Shown here one piece after another: positions 1-10,200 of a stretch of 64,000 nt of DNA (position 1 is the stretch's first letter; every line of letters begins with the position of its first letter). A model generated the notes under the pieces. The model searched no databases, had not been told where the DNA came from, and was given only the letters and a program-made list of their open reading frames with translations. Origin of the DNA: Clostridia bacterium (lineage in GTDB: Bacteria; Bacillota; Clostridia; TANB77; CAG-508). The stretch is taken from assembly GCA_017437145.1 (NCBI GenBank), contig JAFSBT010000008.1, forward strand, positions 273,893 to 337,892. Reading direction: 5' to 3'. The position numbers were made by a program, and so were the translations under genes.

Positions 1-140
1 TTAACATTTATAACATTATTTCCAAAAACACCTGTGTAACTACCATCTTCATTTTCATTCCATCTAAAGCATTGTCCACATTCAAATATGTGTTTTGGTT
101 CAAATGAGTCACAATTTTTTAATATATATTTTTGTTCCAT
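1..140 (-). CDS. 8-oxoguanine DNA glycosylase (Ogg-like), N-terminal fragment; gene continues beyond window start
   Basis: Minus-strand ORF starting ATG at 138-140 translates MEQKYILKNCDSFEPKHIFECGQCFRWNENEDGSYTGVFGNNVINV; the GQ(C/S)FRW motif is characteristic of the Ogg N-terminal domain. Partial, so modest confidence. Confidence 0.45.
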   Translation of the reverse strand, partial: MEQKYILKNCDSFEPKHIFECGQCFRWNENEDGSYTGVFGNNVINV

Positions 141-315
141 ATTAACATTCCTTTGCATTATTACTATATTATTGTGTAAAAACTATAAAAATAATAATCT
201 ATGTTTCCTTTAAATCATATTTATTATTTTATCATATTTTTTCGAAATCGTACATATTTATTGACAAAGATTATAATTTGTATTATTATAATCACAATAA
301 GGAAGGTTGATAGTT

Positions 316-450
316 ATGAAATATAAATGTAATGTTTGTGGATATGTTTATGATGATGAAAGCGAAGAAACAAAATTTGTTGATTTACCAGAAGATTGGG
401 TTTGCCCAATTTGTGGAGCAACAAAAGACGCTTTTACTGAATTAGACTAA
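316..450 (+). CDS. rubredoxin
   Basis: 44-aa [47 protein letters not shown] with two CxxCG iron-binding motifs; RBS aaggaagg at 300-307; followed by hairpin terminator. Confidence 0.9.
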   Translation: MKYKCNVCGYVYDDESEETKFVDLPEDWVCPICGATKDAFTELD

Positions 451-452
451 TA

Positions 453-484
453 AAAAAAGTGTGAAGCATGCTTCACACTTTTTT
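453..484 (+). terminator. rho-independent terminator of rubredoxin gene
   Basis: aaaaagtgtgaagcatgcttcacactttttt: perfect GC-containing stem followed by T-run. Confidence 0.8.
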
Positions 485-598
485 AGTGAATAGTGAAAAA
501 TTAATAATTAATAATTTTTGTTAGAATTTGCTGTTACACAGCAAATTCTTTCATTTATTACTCACTATTCATTATTCATCATTCACCATTCATTACTT
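485..598. repeat. AT-rich palindromic intergenic element (copy 1): inverted 7-bp-periodic arrays flanking 25-bp perfect palindrome GAATTTGCTGTTACACAGCAAATTC (524-548)
   Basis: Left array tagtgaa tagtgaa aaattaa taattaa; right array cactatt cattatt catcatt caccatt cattact (7-nt period); central palindrome arms gaatttgctgt/acagcaaattc are identical to the copy at 36475-36499. Confidence 0.6.
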
Positions 599-1654
599 TT
601 TTAAGTATACTGTTTGTGATGGATAAGCTAGCTCTATTTGTTGTTTTTCTACTGTTGCTAGTATTTCATAATTTAATTGTTCTTTAAATCCTAGAAATTC
701 TTTATAATCTATAATACTTGTATATGATATGATTTGTAAATCTATTCCGTTATTACTAATTGTATCAAAATATACTAAAATACTATCTTTAAATACACTT
801 GTATGCGAATTTAAAAGTTCTCTTAACATGTTTGAAAGCTCATGTACTTTTTCTAACGGAGTATTTAATTCCAATGTTAATCTTAATTCATATCTTCTTT
901 TTTCTCTTTTAGTTGCATTTATTAAACTTGAATCTGCAATAATACTATTTGGAACTACTATAATTTGGTTGTTTATATCTCTTATTCTAGTACTTCTGAA
1001 CGTTATATCTTCTACTGTTCCAACACATGTTGTAGTTTCAATATAATCTCCTATTTCAAAAGGCTTATCTATTATTATTGAAAAACCACCTATTATGTTT
1101 TTTGCTAATTCTTGTGCAGCTAAAGCAACCACTACACTTCCAATTCCAAGTCCAGTTGCTAATCCATTTAAATCATACCCTAATTCTTTAGTTATTATAA
1201 ATCCCGCAATTATATATATTATAGTTTTTATTATTTTACTCAAAAAATTTACTGCAGTATCTGTACCTTTGAAGTTTAATTTCGCTTTTACTTTTTCAAA
1301 TGTATCTGAATCTGAATTAAATAAATTTGCACAACCCTTGGCAATTAAAAAGATGGTACATATTTTAAATATTTTTGTTATACTTGAAAATATATTTTCT
1401 GGGATTTCTAAAACTTTAAGACCTATATATATTCCTAATAAAACGAAAAATATTTTTATTGGTTTATAAAAACCATTTCTTTTTATTTTCTTTTTATCTT
1501 TACTCCTTAAATTAAACATCTTTATTATTATATATGCAAAAACACTGCCAAATATTTTGAAAACAATGGCTATTATTATTGCTAATGCTAAATTAAAAAT
1601 ATTTATATCTTTTATATTTTCAAATATATTTAATAACTGATTTATTATATTCAT
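593..1654 (-). CDS. small-conductance mechanosensitive channel (MscS family)
   Basis: 353 aa; N-terminal TM helices, conserved MscS beta-domain region (VVVPNSIIADSSLINATKREKRRYELRLTLE). Confidence 0.8.
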   Translation of the reverse strand: MNIINQLLNIFENIKDINIFNLALAIIIAIVFKIFGSVFAYIIIKMFNLRSKDKKKIKRNGFYKPIKIFFVLLGIYIGLKVLEIPENIFSSITKIFKICTIFLIAKGCANLFNSDSDTFEKVKAKLNFKGTDTAVNFLSKIIKTIIYIIAGFIITKELGYDLNGLATGLGIGSVVVALAAQELAKNIIGGFSIIIDKPFEIGDYIETTTCVGTVEDITFRSTRIRDINNQIIVVPNSIIADSSLINATKREKRRYELRLTLELNTPLEKVHELSNMLRELLNSHTSVFKDSILVYFDTISNNGIDLQIISYTSIIDYKEFLGFKEQLNYEILATVEKQQIELAYPSQTVYLKK

Positions 1655-1698
1655 TATTACCTCGCTTATTAAATTTATTAGTGAACCATGTTCGCCTA

Positions 1699-2253
1699 TT
1701 ATATGTCATAAAAATATGTTGCTTCTAAGTCTGCTTCAAATAATAATAATGCTAGTGGATATTTTTTAAAAGCTTGACCAATTGTTCCATATAATTCTTT
1801 AGGCTCCGTGAATCCCATATGCCATCTGATTGTATATTTTTCTTCACTTGTTAATTTTATATATTCTGTCGCCATCATTACTGATTTCTCTCCGTGTCCA
1901 TATGGAATAGTATCATCTATTGTATAATAAGGAACTTTTTCCCATACACCTAATTCATTTTTTGCATTTCTATAATCTACTTTATAAAAATTAGTTTTAC
2001 AAATATCATGTAATAATGCAACTATAATTAAAGTTTCTTCTGTAGGTTTTATATCTATAACACATGTTTCAACTTTTTTCTTTAATATTTCATAAACTTT
2101 TAAACTATGTGCTAAAAGTCCGCCTTCAAAATTCCCATGAAATCGTGTACTTGCAGGAGCTTTAAAAAAGTCTGAATTTTCTAAAAATTGAATTAATTCT
2201 TCTATTCCTTCTCTGTTTGTTTGTTTTAATAGTTCTATAAATTGTTCTTTCAT
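1699..2253 (-). CDS. HD-domain phosphohydrolase
   Basis: 184 aa with H...HD metal-binding signature (FHGNFEGGLLAHSLKV ... ALLHDICK). Confidence 0.65.
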   Translation of the reverse strand: MKEQFIELLKQTNREGIEELIQFLENSDFFKAPASTRFHGNFEGGLLAHSLKVYEILKKKVETCVIDIKPTEETLIIVALLHDICKTNFYKVDYRNAKNELGVWEKVPYYTIDDTIPYGHGEKSVMMATEYIKLTSEEKYTIRWHMGFTEPKELYGTIGQAFKKYPLALLLFEADLEATYFYDI

Positions 2254-2323
2254 TAGATCACATCCCTTATTTTTTATATTGTTGGTTAAATAAATTGTAA
2301 TTTGTGTTTGGTAATTGGATATA

Positions 2324-2385
2324 TGTAGGGGAGAACTGTGTTCTCCCGTGCTTTGAAGGCGGGCGAACGAAGTTCGCCCCTACAG
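2324..2385. repeat. GC-rich REP-like palindromic element (TGTAGGGG...CCCCTACA, two hairpins)
   Basis: tgtaggggagaactgtgttctccc...gggcgaacgaagttcgcccctaca; GC-rich island in AT-rich intergenic DNA; same termini as 8 other copies in window. Confidence 0.75.
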
Positions 2386-2432
2386 TATTTGCAATTAATT
2401 CATACCTCAAAATTACAAATTATTTATCTTTT

Positions 2433-2690
2433 TTATTTCTTCAACTCCTCATATGCTTTTCTTACGGCTTTTGCTAACTCAGCACTACATGAAGTTGGTT
2501 TGTTACCACATTTTATATCTTTAAATAAACTTTCTATTTCTTCAACCGTTTTTCCTTCCATTGCTTTAGCTATTGCTTCTAAATTACCAGGGCATCCTCC
2601 ATGAAATTTTATGTTTTTTATAATATTATCTTCTATTTCAAAATCTATTTCACGTGAACATGTTCCTCTTGTTAAATATTTGTACTCCAT
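2433..2690 (-). CDS. small four-cysteine protein (TSCPD/TIGR03905-like)
   Basis: 85 aa MEYKYLTRGTCSREIDF...GGCPGNLEAIAKAMEGKTVEEIESLFKDIKCGNKPTSCSAELAKA; four conserved Cys pattern; assignment from memory only. Confidence 0.4.
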   Translation of the reverse strand: MEYKYLTRGTCSREIDFEIEDNIIKNIKFHGGCPGNLEAIAKAMEGKTVEEIESLFKDIKCGNKPTSCSAELAKAVRKAYEELKK

Positions 2691-2771
2691 AATATCCCCT
2701 CCAACTCCTTGATTTTACTCTAAAAAAATAAAAATAGCAAGTAAATACTTACTATTTTTGTTTTATAGAAC

Positions 2772-4772
2772 TTATTTATTTTCTTTATATACCTTTAACT
2801 GATTTATTAAATCCTGTGCTGTATATTTTTCATTATCCGTATATTTTATTGCTAGTAATGCTTCATTTTCTACTTTTCTTCCTTTTATACCATTACTTCT
2901 ATCATATTTAAATTGTTTTACTGCTGTAATTAAATCAGTTGCATCAATTTTACCATCTCCATTACTATCTCCAGTAATTACGATAGTATATACATATTCT
3001 TTTTCATCTTTTGCAAAAACAATTTTCATTCCTGTTTTCAATATATCATTTTCATTAACTTTACTATCTGCTAAATATATTTCTATTTTCTCTACATTTG
3101 ATTCAATATTACTTAAAAATTTTGCTTTAGTAGTATTTATAGGAACATGTAAAATATATCTATCCTTAACACCATACCCTTTTATCTTCATATAAAATTC
3201 CTCTTCTTCTACTTCAAATTCAACATTTTCAGTAAAGCCTTTTATACATAAATTTCTTACTTGTTTTGTAGTTGCACTTGCATTACTATTAGTACAAAAT
3301 TCTTTATATATATCTCCCCAGTAGCCTACATCCTTTGAATAAATATAACTTTCTCCCTGATTAATTTTTGCACTTTCCCAAAAAGATTGTTGTCCTTCTT
3401 TCTTACTTTCCTCAACGCCTGTATATTCAACTCCGTAATAAGTTACTCCGTCATAGTTATTTTTATATTTTACTGCTATTACAAACTTTTCTCCTGTTAA
3501 AATAACTTCATTATTTAATTTAATTGTATGATATCCTGCATCTAATACTTCAGTTTCCGCAACTTTAGTAAATTTATTAAAATCAAGTTCTCCACCAGTT
3601 CTATTAACGTAAATTTCATATGCAGAATCAACTAAATTTGCAACTGAAACCTCTGTTAATTTTTCAGGAGTGCTTGTTGTTCTTGTAAAGACATTTGCTC
3701 CATAAATGTCAGTTCCTTTTAACCCAAAAATTTCTCTAAGTCCTAACTCATCATGTTGATATAAATTATCATACTGTTTTTCCTTTACATTGTATACTCC
3801 ATAAACTGAGCTTTCAACGAATGTATCTTCATATGAAATATAAAATATTCCATCCTTTGAGAAATTTTCTCCCCATGAATTTAATACAATATAAGCTCCA
3901 TCATTTTGTGGTCTGTGTTTTTCATTAAAATTTTCTTTACTATAATTATCATCCCATCCAATAATAGTAATTTGATGGTCAGGATTTATTGTATTAATTC
4001 CTTCAAAATTATAATCATAATCACAATAATATGCTTCTGAATTAAAATAGTTTTCCTCATCACTAAAGTATTCTTCTCCTTGTGAATACATACATGATGT
4101 AACAGCTCCATATTCTTTTATATGCTCTTTAATTTCATTTCTTATTAAGTCAACTTGCTGTTTACTATAGTGACCACCATTATATTCAATATCTCCATTA
4201 TTATTTTTCCCTTTAATTATACTAGCTATTGAAATATAATCTCCTATGTATGTATCTATAATATTTCCAACTGTCGTTTTAGGTCCATATCCACCTGTAT
4301 AAAAGCTCAATGCTAGAGCTGGATTCCCTCCACCATTAATTTGTCTATTATATATTTTTGCAGAATCAGCTTCTGTTGCATTAATACTAAATTTATTATA
4401 TTCAATATCATTTTTTGTATTTTTTCCAAGAGTAGTTTCTATAATACTATTTGTACTATATATCCAACAAGTTTCACCTTCTTGTTTGTATATATTAATT
4501 TTCATATCGTCCTGTAAAGAGTATTTACTTGGTAAGTTCGTAGCTTTTAATTTATTAGATAAAAATACATTGTTTACACCATAGGTTAAAGTTTTATCAA
4601 ACCCTTTTTGATAATATGTTACAAAATTACCATTATTTGATAAAACAATCTTATCTGTATTAACATATATATCATTATAGTTAGTTTTAGCATAATTAAC
4701 AGAAATATTTAATATCAGTACTAAAAAAACTAATATTGAAATGCTTATTTTTAAAATTTTATTTTTTTGCAT
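2772..4772 (-). CDS. secreted papain-family (C1A) cysteine protease with C-terminal dockerin-like module
   Basis: 666 aa; signal peptide; catalytic motifs QEGETCWIYS (Gln/Cys), HQITIIGWDD (His), NSWGENFSKDGIFYISYE (Asn/Trp); C-terminal GDSNGDGKIDATDL calcium-loop typical of dockerin, about 60% identical to the C-terminus of the 2380-aa protein at 7293-14435. Confidence 0.8.
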   Translation of the reverse strand: MQKNKILKISISILVFLVLILNISVNYAKTNYNDIYVNTDKIVLSNNGNFVTYYQKGFDKTLTYGVNNVFLSNKLKATNLPSKYSLQDDMKINIYKQEGETCWIYSTNSIIETTLGKNTKNDIEYNKFSINATEADSAKIYNRQINGGGNPALALSFYTGGYGPKTTVGNIIDTYIGDYISIASIIKGKNNNGDIEYNGGHYSKQQVDLIRNEIKEHIKEYGAVTSCMYSQGEEYFSDEENYFNSEAYYCDYDYNFEGINTINPDHQITIIGWDDNYSKENFNEKHRPQNDGAYIVLNSWGENFSKDGIFYISYEDTFVESSVYGVYNVKEKQYDNLYQHDELGLREIFGLKGTDIYGANVFTRTTSTPEKLTEVSVANLVDSAYEIYVNRTGGELDFNKFTKVAETEVLDAGYHTIKLNNEVILTGEKFVIAVKYKNNYDGVTYYGVEYTGVEESKKEGQQSFWESAKINQGESYIYSKDVGYWGDIYKEFCTNSNASATTKQVRNLCIKGFTENVEFEVEEEEFYMKIKGYGVKDRYILHVPINTTKAKFLSNIESNVEKIEIYLADSKVNENDILKTGMKIVFAKDEKEYVYTIVITGDSNGDGKIDATDLITAVKQFKYDRSNGIKGRKVENEALLAIKYTDNEKYTAQDLINQLKVYKENK

Positions 4773-5037
4773 TTTTTCTCCCTCTTTATACTATTTTATC
4801 CTAATATAATTATATTTTTTTGTTTAATATTGTCAATGCATTTTTTTGACAACAAAAGTCTCTTAAGGCTGTATTTTTACGGATATTCGTCCTCTATCAT
4901 ATATTATTTTTTCATTACATTTATATTACATTTCCACTTTGTAACACAACTGTAATATAATCTTAATATTTTTGAAATATATTTTTTTTATAAGATATTG
5001 TATAATATAAACATACAAAAGATTTAAGGAGTTACGG

Positions 5038-6156
5038 ATGAGTGTTAATTCTGATTTAAAAAAAGCTGGAATCGACATTGTTCAGCAATTAAATGAAAAA
5101 GATGTTTCTGCTATTGCTAGTAATATTGCTAGCAAACTTTGTCTTGCATTTCCGGAACACAACCTTAAAAGAAACACTTTAATTTCTGCAATTTCTAATA
5201 TAAATATGTATATTGCAAATATGCCTGAAGATTATTCACAAGCTAAATATTTTTACAAAAATAACTCTATATATTTTAAAAGATATTCGTCACCAGAAGA
5301 AATGTCTAATGTGGCTGTACATGAATGTATCCACTTTATTCAGGAAATAACTGATGAAAATTACAATTTAGTAAGAATGGGATTGTATAAAGTAAATTCA
5401 GGTTTAGCAATAAATGAAGCTGCAGTTCAGTTAATGACATCTGAAGCTAACACATGTGAAATTTGCGAAGAAAAATATTATGGTATTAATTTGAAGACTT
5501 CTAGTCCTGATTATTATCCTTTACAATGCGCTATACTTAATCAAATGGCATATTTCACAGGGACTTATCCTCTATACCATAGTACATTAAATAGTAATGA
5601 TATATTTGAAAATACATTTACATTAAAATCAGGAAAAAAAATATATGATAAAATTTCAAAATATTTAGATACACTATTATATTTAGAAAATGATTTAAAT
5701 TATTATATACATGATTTAAGAAATACAGATAAAGTTAGACGTATGAAAACCTTAAACAATATTATCAGTCAAAGAAAAGAAGAAATACGTTCTACATTTT
5801 TTAAAGCACAAAATTTGATTATAAAAAGCTGCTTTGAAAATTCTTTTAAATCAATAAGAAATTTAGATGAAATTAAAGAATTTCAACAAGATTTATATAA
5901 ATTTAAAAATATCATGGGATATACAGAAAATTATACTTTTTATAATGATTTTTACTGTAATATAATGAATTCATTAGAAGATAAAAGAATTTATATTATA
6001 AAACATGGCGAAATTAACTTGTTTGATAAAGATTCAAAAGCACTCTCTTTAATTAATACTACGAAAGAATCCTATAGCTTTGCAAAGGTATTTATGATTA
6101 AATTAAAGAAATTATTTAGAGTTAATGTGAATGGAGAAGATATAAATTATTTATAG
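5038..6156 (+). CDS. hypothetical protein with HExxH motif (putative zinc metallopeptidase-like)
   Basis: 372 aa, no signal peptide, HECIHFIQE motif; no other recognisable family signature; RBS aaggag upstream; hairpin terminator at 6160-6192. Confidence 0.45.
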   Translation: MSVNSDLKKAGIDIVQQLNEKDVSAIASNIASKLCLAFPEHNLKRNTLISAISNINMYIANMPEDYSQAKYFYKNNSIYFKRYSSPEEMSNVAVHECIHFIQEITDENYNLVRMGLYKVNSGLAINEAAVQLMTSEANTCEICEEKYYGINLKTSSPDYYPLQCAILNQMAYFTGTYPLYHSTLNSNDIFENTFTLKSGKKIYDKISKYLDTLLYLENDLNYYIHDLRNTDKVRRMKTLNNIISQRKEEIRSTFFKAQNLIIKSCFENSFKSIRNLDEIKEFQQDLYKFKNIMGYTENYTFYNDFYCNIMNSLEDKRIYIIKHGEINLFDKDSKALSLINTTKESYSFAKVFMIKLKKLFRVNVNGEDINYL

Positions 6157-6159
6157 AAA

Positions 6160-6192
6160 AAATGCTAGTCCTTGACTAGCATTTTTTGTGTT
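6160..6192 (+). terminator. rho-independent terminator
   Basis: aaaaatgctagtccttgactagcatttttt stem-loop plus T-run after 5038-6156 gene. Confidence 0.7.
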
Positions 6193-6364
6193 TGGATTTT
6201 AGATTTTGGCATTTAGAAATATAGGGTAATGTCTACGATGGCATACTCTATACATCCAACTACCAACTACCAAATTCCAATTACCAAATGCATCGACTTA
6301 TAATTTATTTATTGAAATTAATAAAAAACCTACAGGATAAATCCTATAGGTTTTTTGTTTTTAT

Positions 6365-7255
6365 TTAGAACATTTTATATTTTTTGTAAGAAATTACTGC
6401 TACGGCAATTGCAAGCATTATTCCTGGTATTGTAATTATTTCTAATCCTGCTTTATCTATAACTTTGTTAGCTGTTGTATTATCTCCTCCTGTTGTTGAA
6501 CCAGAATTACCAGAGCCAGTTGATGATGCTTCTACAGTTATAGTAAAGCTATCTTCTTTACCTTCATAAACAGCTTTTACTGTATGTGTACCTTGTGTTA
6601 AAGATTGTCCATTTAATGAACTTACTTCTTTTCCATCCCAGTACCATTTACATAAACTTGTTACGTCTTTTGTTGATCCATCACTATATTTTGCTGTTAC
6701 TTTCATACTTGAGACATCTAGGTTTTCACCAACTTTTACAGTTGTTTTTGATGGTTTTGTTATTACTATTTCAGTTAATGTTGCTTCTGATTCACCAGAT
6801 GACTTTAAGCTTATTGTTTTAGATATACTTGCCATATCCTTTGTTGTTTTATCTAAGTCTGTTAATTCAATTCCTGATAATTTAATTGTTGCACTTTCAG
6901 CAGATACTCCTTCTTTTATTTGAACATCTAACGCTATTGTTTTAGTTCCTGATTTAATAGCATCGTCAAATGCTCCCATTAACATACCATCCATGATGAA
7001 GAAATCGCTAGATGATGATGATGCCACATTTATTGTTAAAATATCTGATGGATATTCTAGTTCTGCAACGAATCCATCGATTCCAGAACCTGCTGAAGTA
7101 ACATTTATGTTTACGTTGAATGTAATTTTGTCTCCAGGTTTTGCTTCTGTTGGGCAACTTCCTGTTACACTTGCCTCTATAGCTGCATTAGATTGTACTC
7201 CTATTAGTATTAAGATACACATCACTATACAGCTTACTATTGTTTTAATTTTCAT
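6365..7255 (-). CDS. membrane-anchored cohesin-domain protein (putative dockerin receptor / anchoring scaffold)
   Basis: 296 aa; signal peptide; N-terminal region GDKITFNVNINVTSAGSGIDGFVAELEYPSDILTINV matches cohesin beta-sandwich consensus; Ig-like middle domain; C-terminal TM anchor IITIPGIMLAIAVAVISYKKYK. Confidence 0.6.
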   Translation of the reverse strand: MKIKTIVSCIVMCILILIGVQSNAAIEASVTGSCPTEAKPGDKITFNVNINVTSAGSGIDGFVAELEYPSDILTINVASSSSSDFFIMDGMLMGAFDDAIKSGTKTIALDVQIKEGVSAESATIKLSGIELTDLDKTTKDMASISKTISLKSSGESEATLTEIVITKPSKTTVKVGENLDVSSMKVTAKYSDGSTKDVTSLCKWYWDGKEVSSLNGQSLTQGTHTVKAVYEGKEDSFTITVEASSTGSGNSGSTTGGDNTTANKVIDKAGLEIITIPGIMLAIAVAVISYKKYKMF

Positions 7256-7292
7256 TTTGTTTCCTCCTTTTAATTTAAACTTTAAGTTTTAG

Positions 7293-10200
7293 CTATTTGT
7301 TTCTCCATTCTTTATACATTTTTACTTCGTTTATTAAATCTGAAGCTGTATATTCTTCCTTATCTGTAAATTTAACTGCTAATAATTTAGCGCCTTCTAG
7401 TTTTGTACCTTTTGATCCATTTGATCTTGTGTATTTAAATTGTTTTACTGTGTCTATTAAGTCATTAGCTGTAACTAATCCGTCTCCTGTACAATCTCCT
7501 GTTACTACTACAATATATGTAATAGTTTCTGTTTCATTTTTTACTATTATTCTAGTATTATCCGTTGATGCATATTTTGTATAATCACTGATTACTTCTT
7601 TATCAGCATCTTCTACTGTAGCTGTATAACCTTCCGCTAATTTATCTAGTATAGATTGTATTGCAACTTTTGGATTTATTCCCACTAAGTAATTTACACC
7701 ATTAATTGTTTTCATTCCAAATCCTGCATCATCTGTAAATCCTTTTGCTTGTTGTACAACTGTAATTGTACAAGTTGCTGTAAAGTTTCCATCTTCTGTT
7801 GTTACTGTAATTACTGTTGTTCCTTCTGCTATAGCTGTTACATTTCCTGCTGCATCTACTGTTGCTACGTTTTCATTACTTGATTTCCATATTAATGTTT
7901 TATTTGCTGCATCTTCTGGTTCAACTGTAGCAATGATTTGAGATGTTTTTCCTATTGATAAAGTCATTTCATTTGCACTTAATTTTACTCCTGTAACTTT
8001 TCCTGTTCCAGTTGTTACTGTAACCTTACATGTAGCTGTTTTATTTCCATCCTCTGTTGTTACTGTAATTGTTGCTGTTCCATCTCCTATTCCAGTTACT
8101 TTAGCAGAACCATCTTCTGTTGCTTCTACTTTAGCAACATTTTCATTATCTGATGTCCATGTAAGCTTTTTATTTGTTGCATTTTCTGGATTAATTGTTG
8201 CTACTAATATTATATCAGAATTTTTCATTATGTCAACAGATTCTTTATCTAAAGTTACACTTTCTACGGCTACAAAATCAGTAACTGTTACTTGACATGT
8301 AGCTGTTACTTTTCCATCTAGTGAGCTTGCTGTAATTGTTGCTGATCCAGCTCCAACTGCAATTACTTTTCCGTTAGTATTTACTGTTGCAACTTTTTCA
8401 TCACTTGATGTCCAAATTAATTCTTTATCTGTTGCATTATCTGGTGTTACTGTTGCATTAATTTCAGTACTGTCTCCTGAATATAAATCTAATGTTGTAA
8501 TATCTAACTCTATTTTTTCTACTGGTATTGCTTTAGTTACTACCACATTACATGTTGCTGTAAATCCACCTTCTGCTGATGTAGCTGTAATTGTTGTTTC
8601 ACCTGGCATAATAGCTGTTAATTTTCCTTTTTCATCAATTGTTGTAACTGTTGCATCACTTGATACAAATGTTACATCTTGATTTATAGCATTACTTGGA
8701 GTGAAAATAACTTTTAATGTTTCATTTTTTCCTTCTACTATTTCTAATGCTGTTTTTTCAAATGCTATACTTTCCAATGTTACATTTGACTCTTCAACAT
8801 ACACTTTACATGTTGCTGATTTTCCACCATTAATTGTTGTTACTGTAATTGTTGTTTCTCCTGCTCCTACTGCTGTAATTAAACCATTTACTACTGTTGC
8901 TACTTTTTCATTTGATGATGCCCAAACTACAGATTGTAATGAACTTGCCAATTCTTCTGGTTTAACTGTTTCATTTAATTCTGCAGTTTGTCCTTTTACT
9001 AATCTTAATAATGTTTTATCTAATTCAATTCCTGTTACTTCTGTAGAATCAATTGCTTTAACTGAAATTGTTAATGTAGCTGTTTTTCCTCCATCTGCTG
9101 TTACTGTTACTACTGCATCTCCAACACCTACTGCTTTTACTGTTCCATTTTCATCTACTGATATAACTGATGTGTTGCTTGAACTCCAGTTAGCATCTTT
9201 AACTGATGCATTATCTGGTGCAATTGTTATTAAATTAGCTAATTCTGCTTTACCACCTAAAGTTAATTCCTTAGGAGCTTCTTCTTTAAATGTTACTGAT
9301 TCAACTTCTATTTTTTCATTTACGATTATTTGACATGTTGCACTTACTTTTGCATCTTTTATTGATGTTGCTGTAATTGTAGCTGTTCCTTTTGAAATAC
9401 CTTTCATGATTCCTTTTGAATCAACTGTTACAATTGATGTATTACTTGATTCCCATTTAATTGATTCTGGTGTTGCATCTGATGGAACTATTGTTGCTAC
9501 TAAAGCTTTTTTACCATCAACATCAACATTTGCTGTTTCATTTAGTATTATAGATGTTGCAAATTTAACTTTTGTTGCTACTTTTAATTCATTTTCTGCA
9601 ATATCTTTAATTGTAACTTCACTTAAATCTTCTTTAACTTCTTTAACTAATGTGTCATTATCTTTATTTGTTTTTGTTAATGTCCATCCTTCTACTGGGC
9701 TTAGTGCTTCATTAGCTATAATAATTATTTTGATTCCATTTTCTGTTTGTTCATATTTAACTTCAGCTTTTGGTGCTGTGTTATCTACAACTAATCCTGC
9801 TTTTGTATATTCTTGTTCTGTTGGATTATTTGATGTATCTTTAAATATACCTTTTGGTAATACTAATTCAATTTCGCCTTCTTTACTTCCTGCTGTTACC
9901 GTTGCAACAAAACTTGTTTTTCCGATTTGATTTAATGTTACTGTACTTCCTGTGCTTCCTTCACCTTTTAACATAGCTGTATATCCTTGTGCATTTGTAA
10001 CTGCCTCTGAAGTAATAATTTTGAATGTAGCTTTATTTCCTGTTTTAATACTTGCTGGTGTTGCAGCTTCAATTTTAACTGTTGGTGCTATATTGTCTAT
10101 AATTCCTGAAACTTTTACAACTCCATTATATTTTGCAATATTTCCTGCTTTATCTTTTACATATATGTAGAAATCTCCATTTGATTTAACTGTATCTGTT

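Noticed and set aside
485-598. 7-bp periodic arrays as a possible CRISPR array
   Set aside because: The units are 7 nt with no spacers of unique sequence and no cas genes, and the arrays are inverted around a palindrome. This is incompatible with CRISPR architecture.
729-1469. Plus-strand ORFs 729-1046 and 1095-1469
   Set aside because: They are antisense to the MscS gene and their products are hydrophobic low-complexity. Rejected as shadow ORFs.
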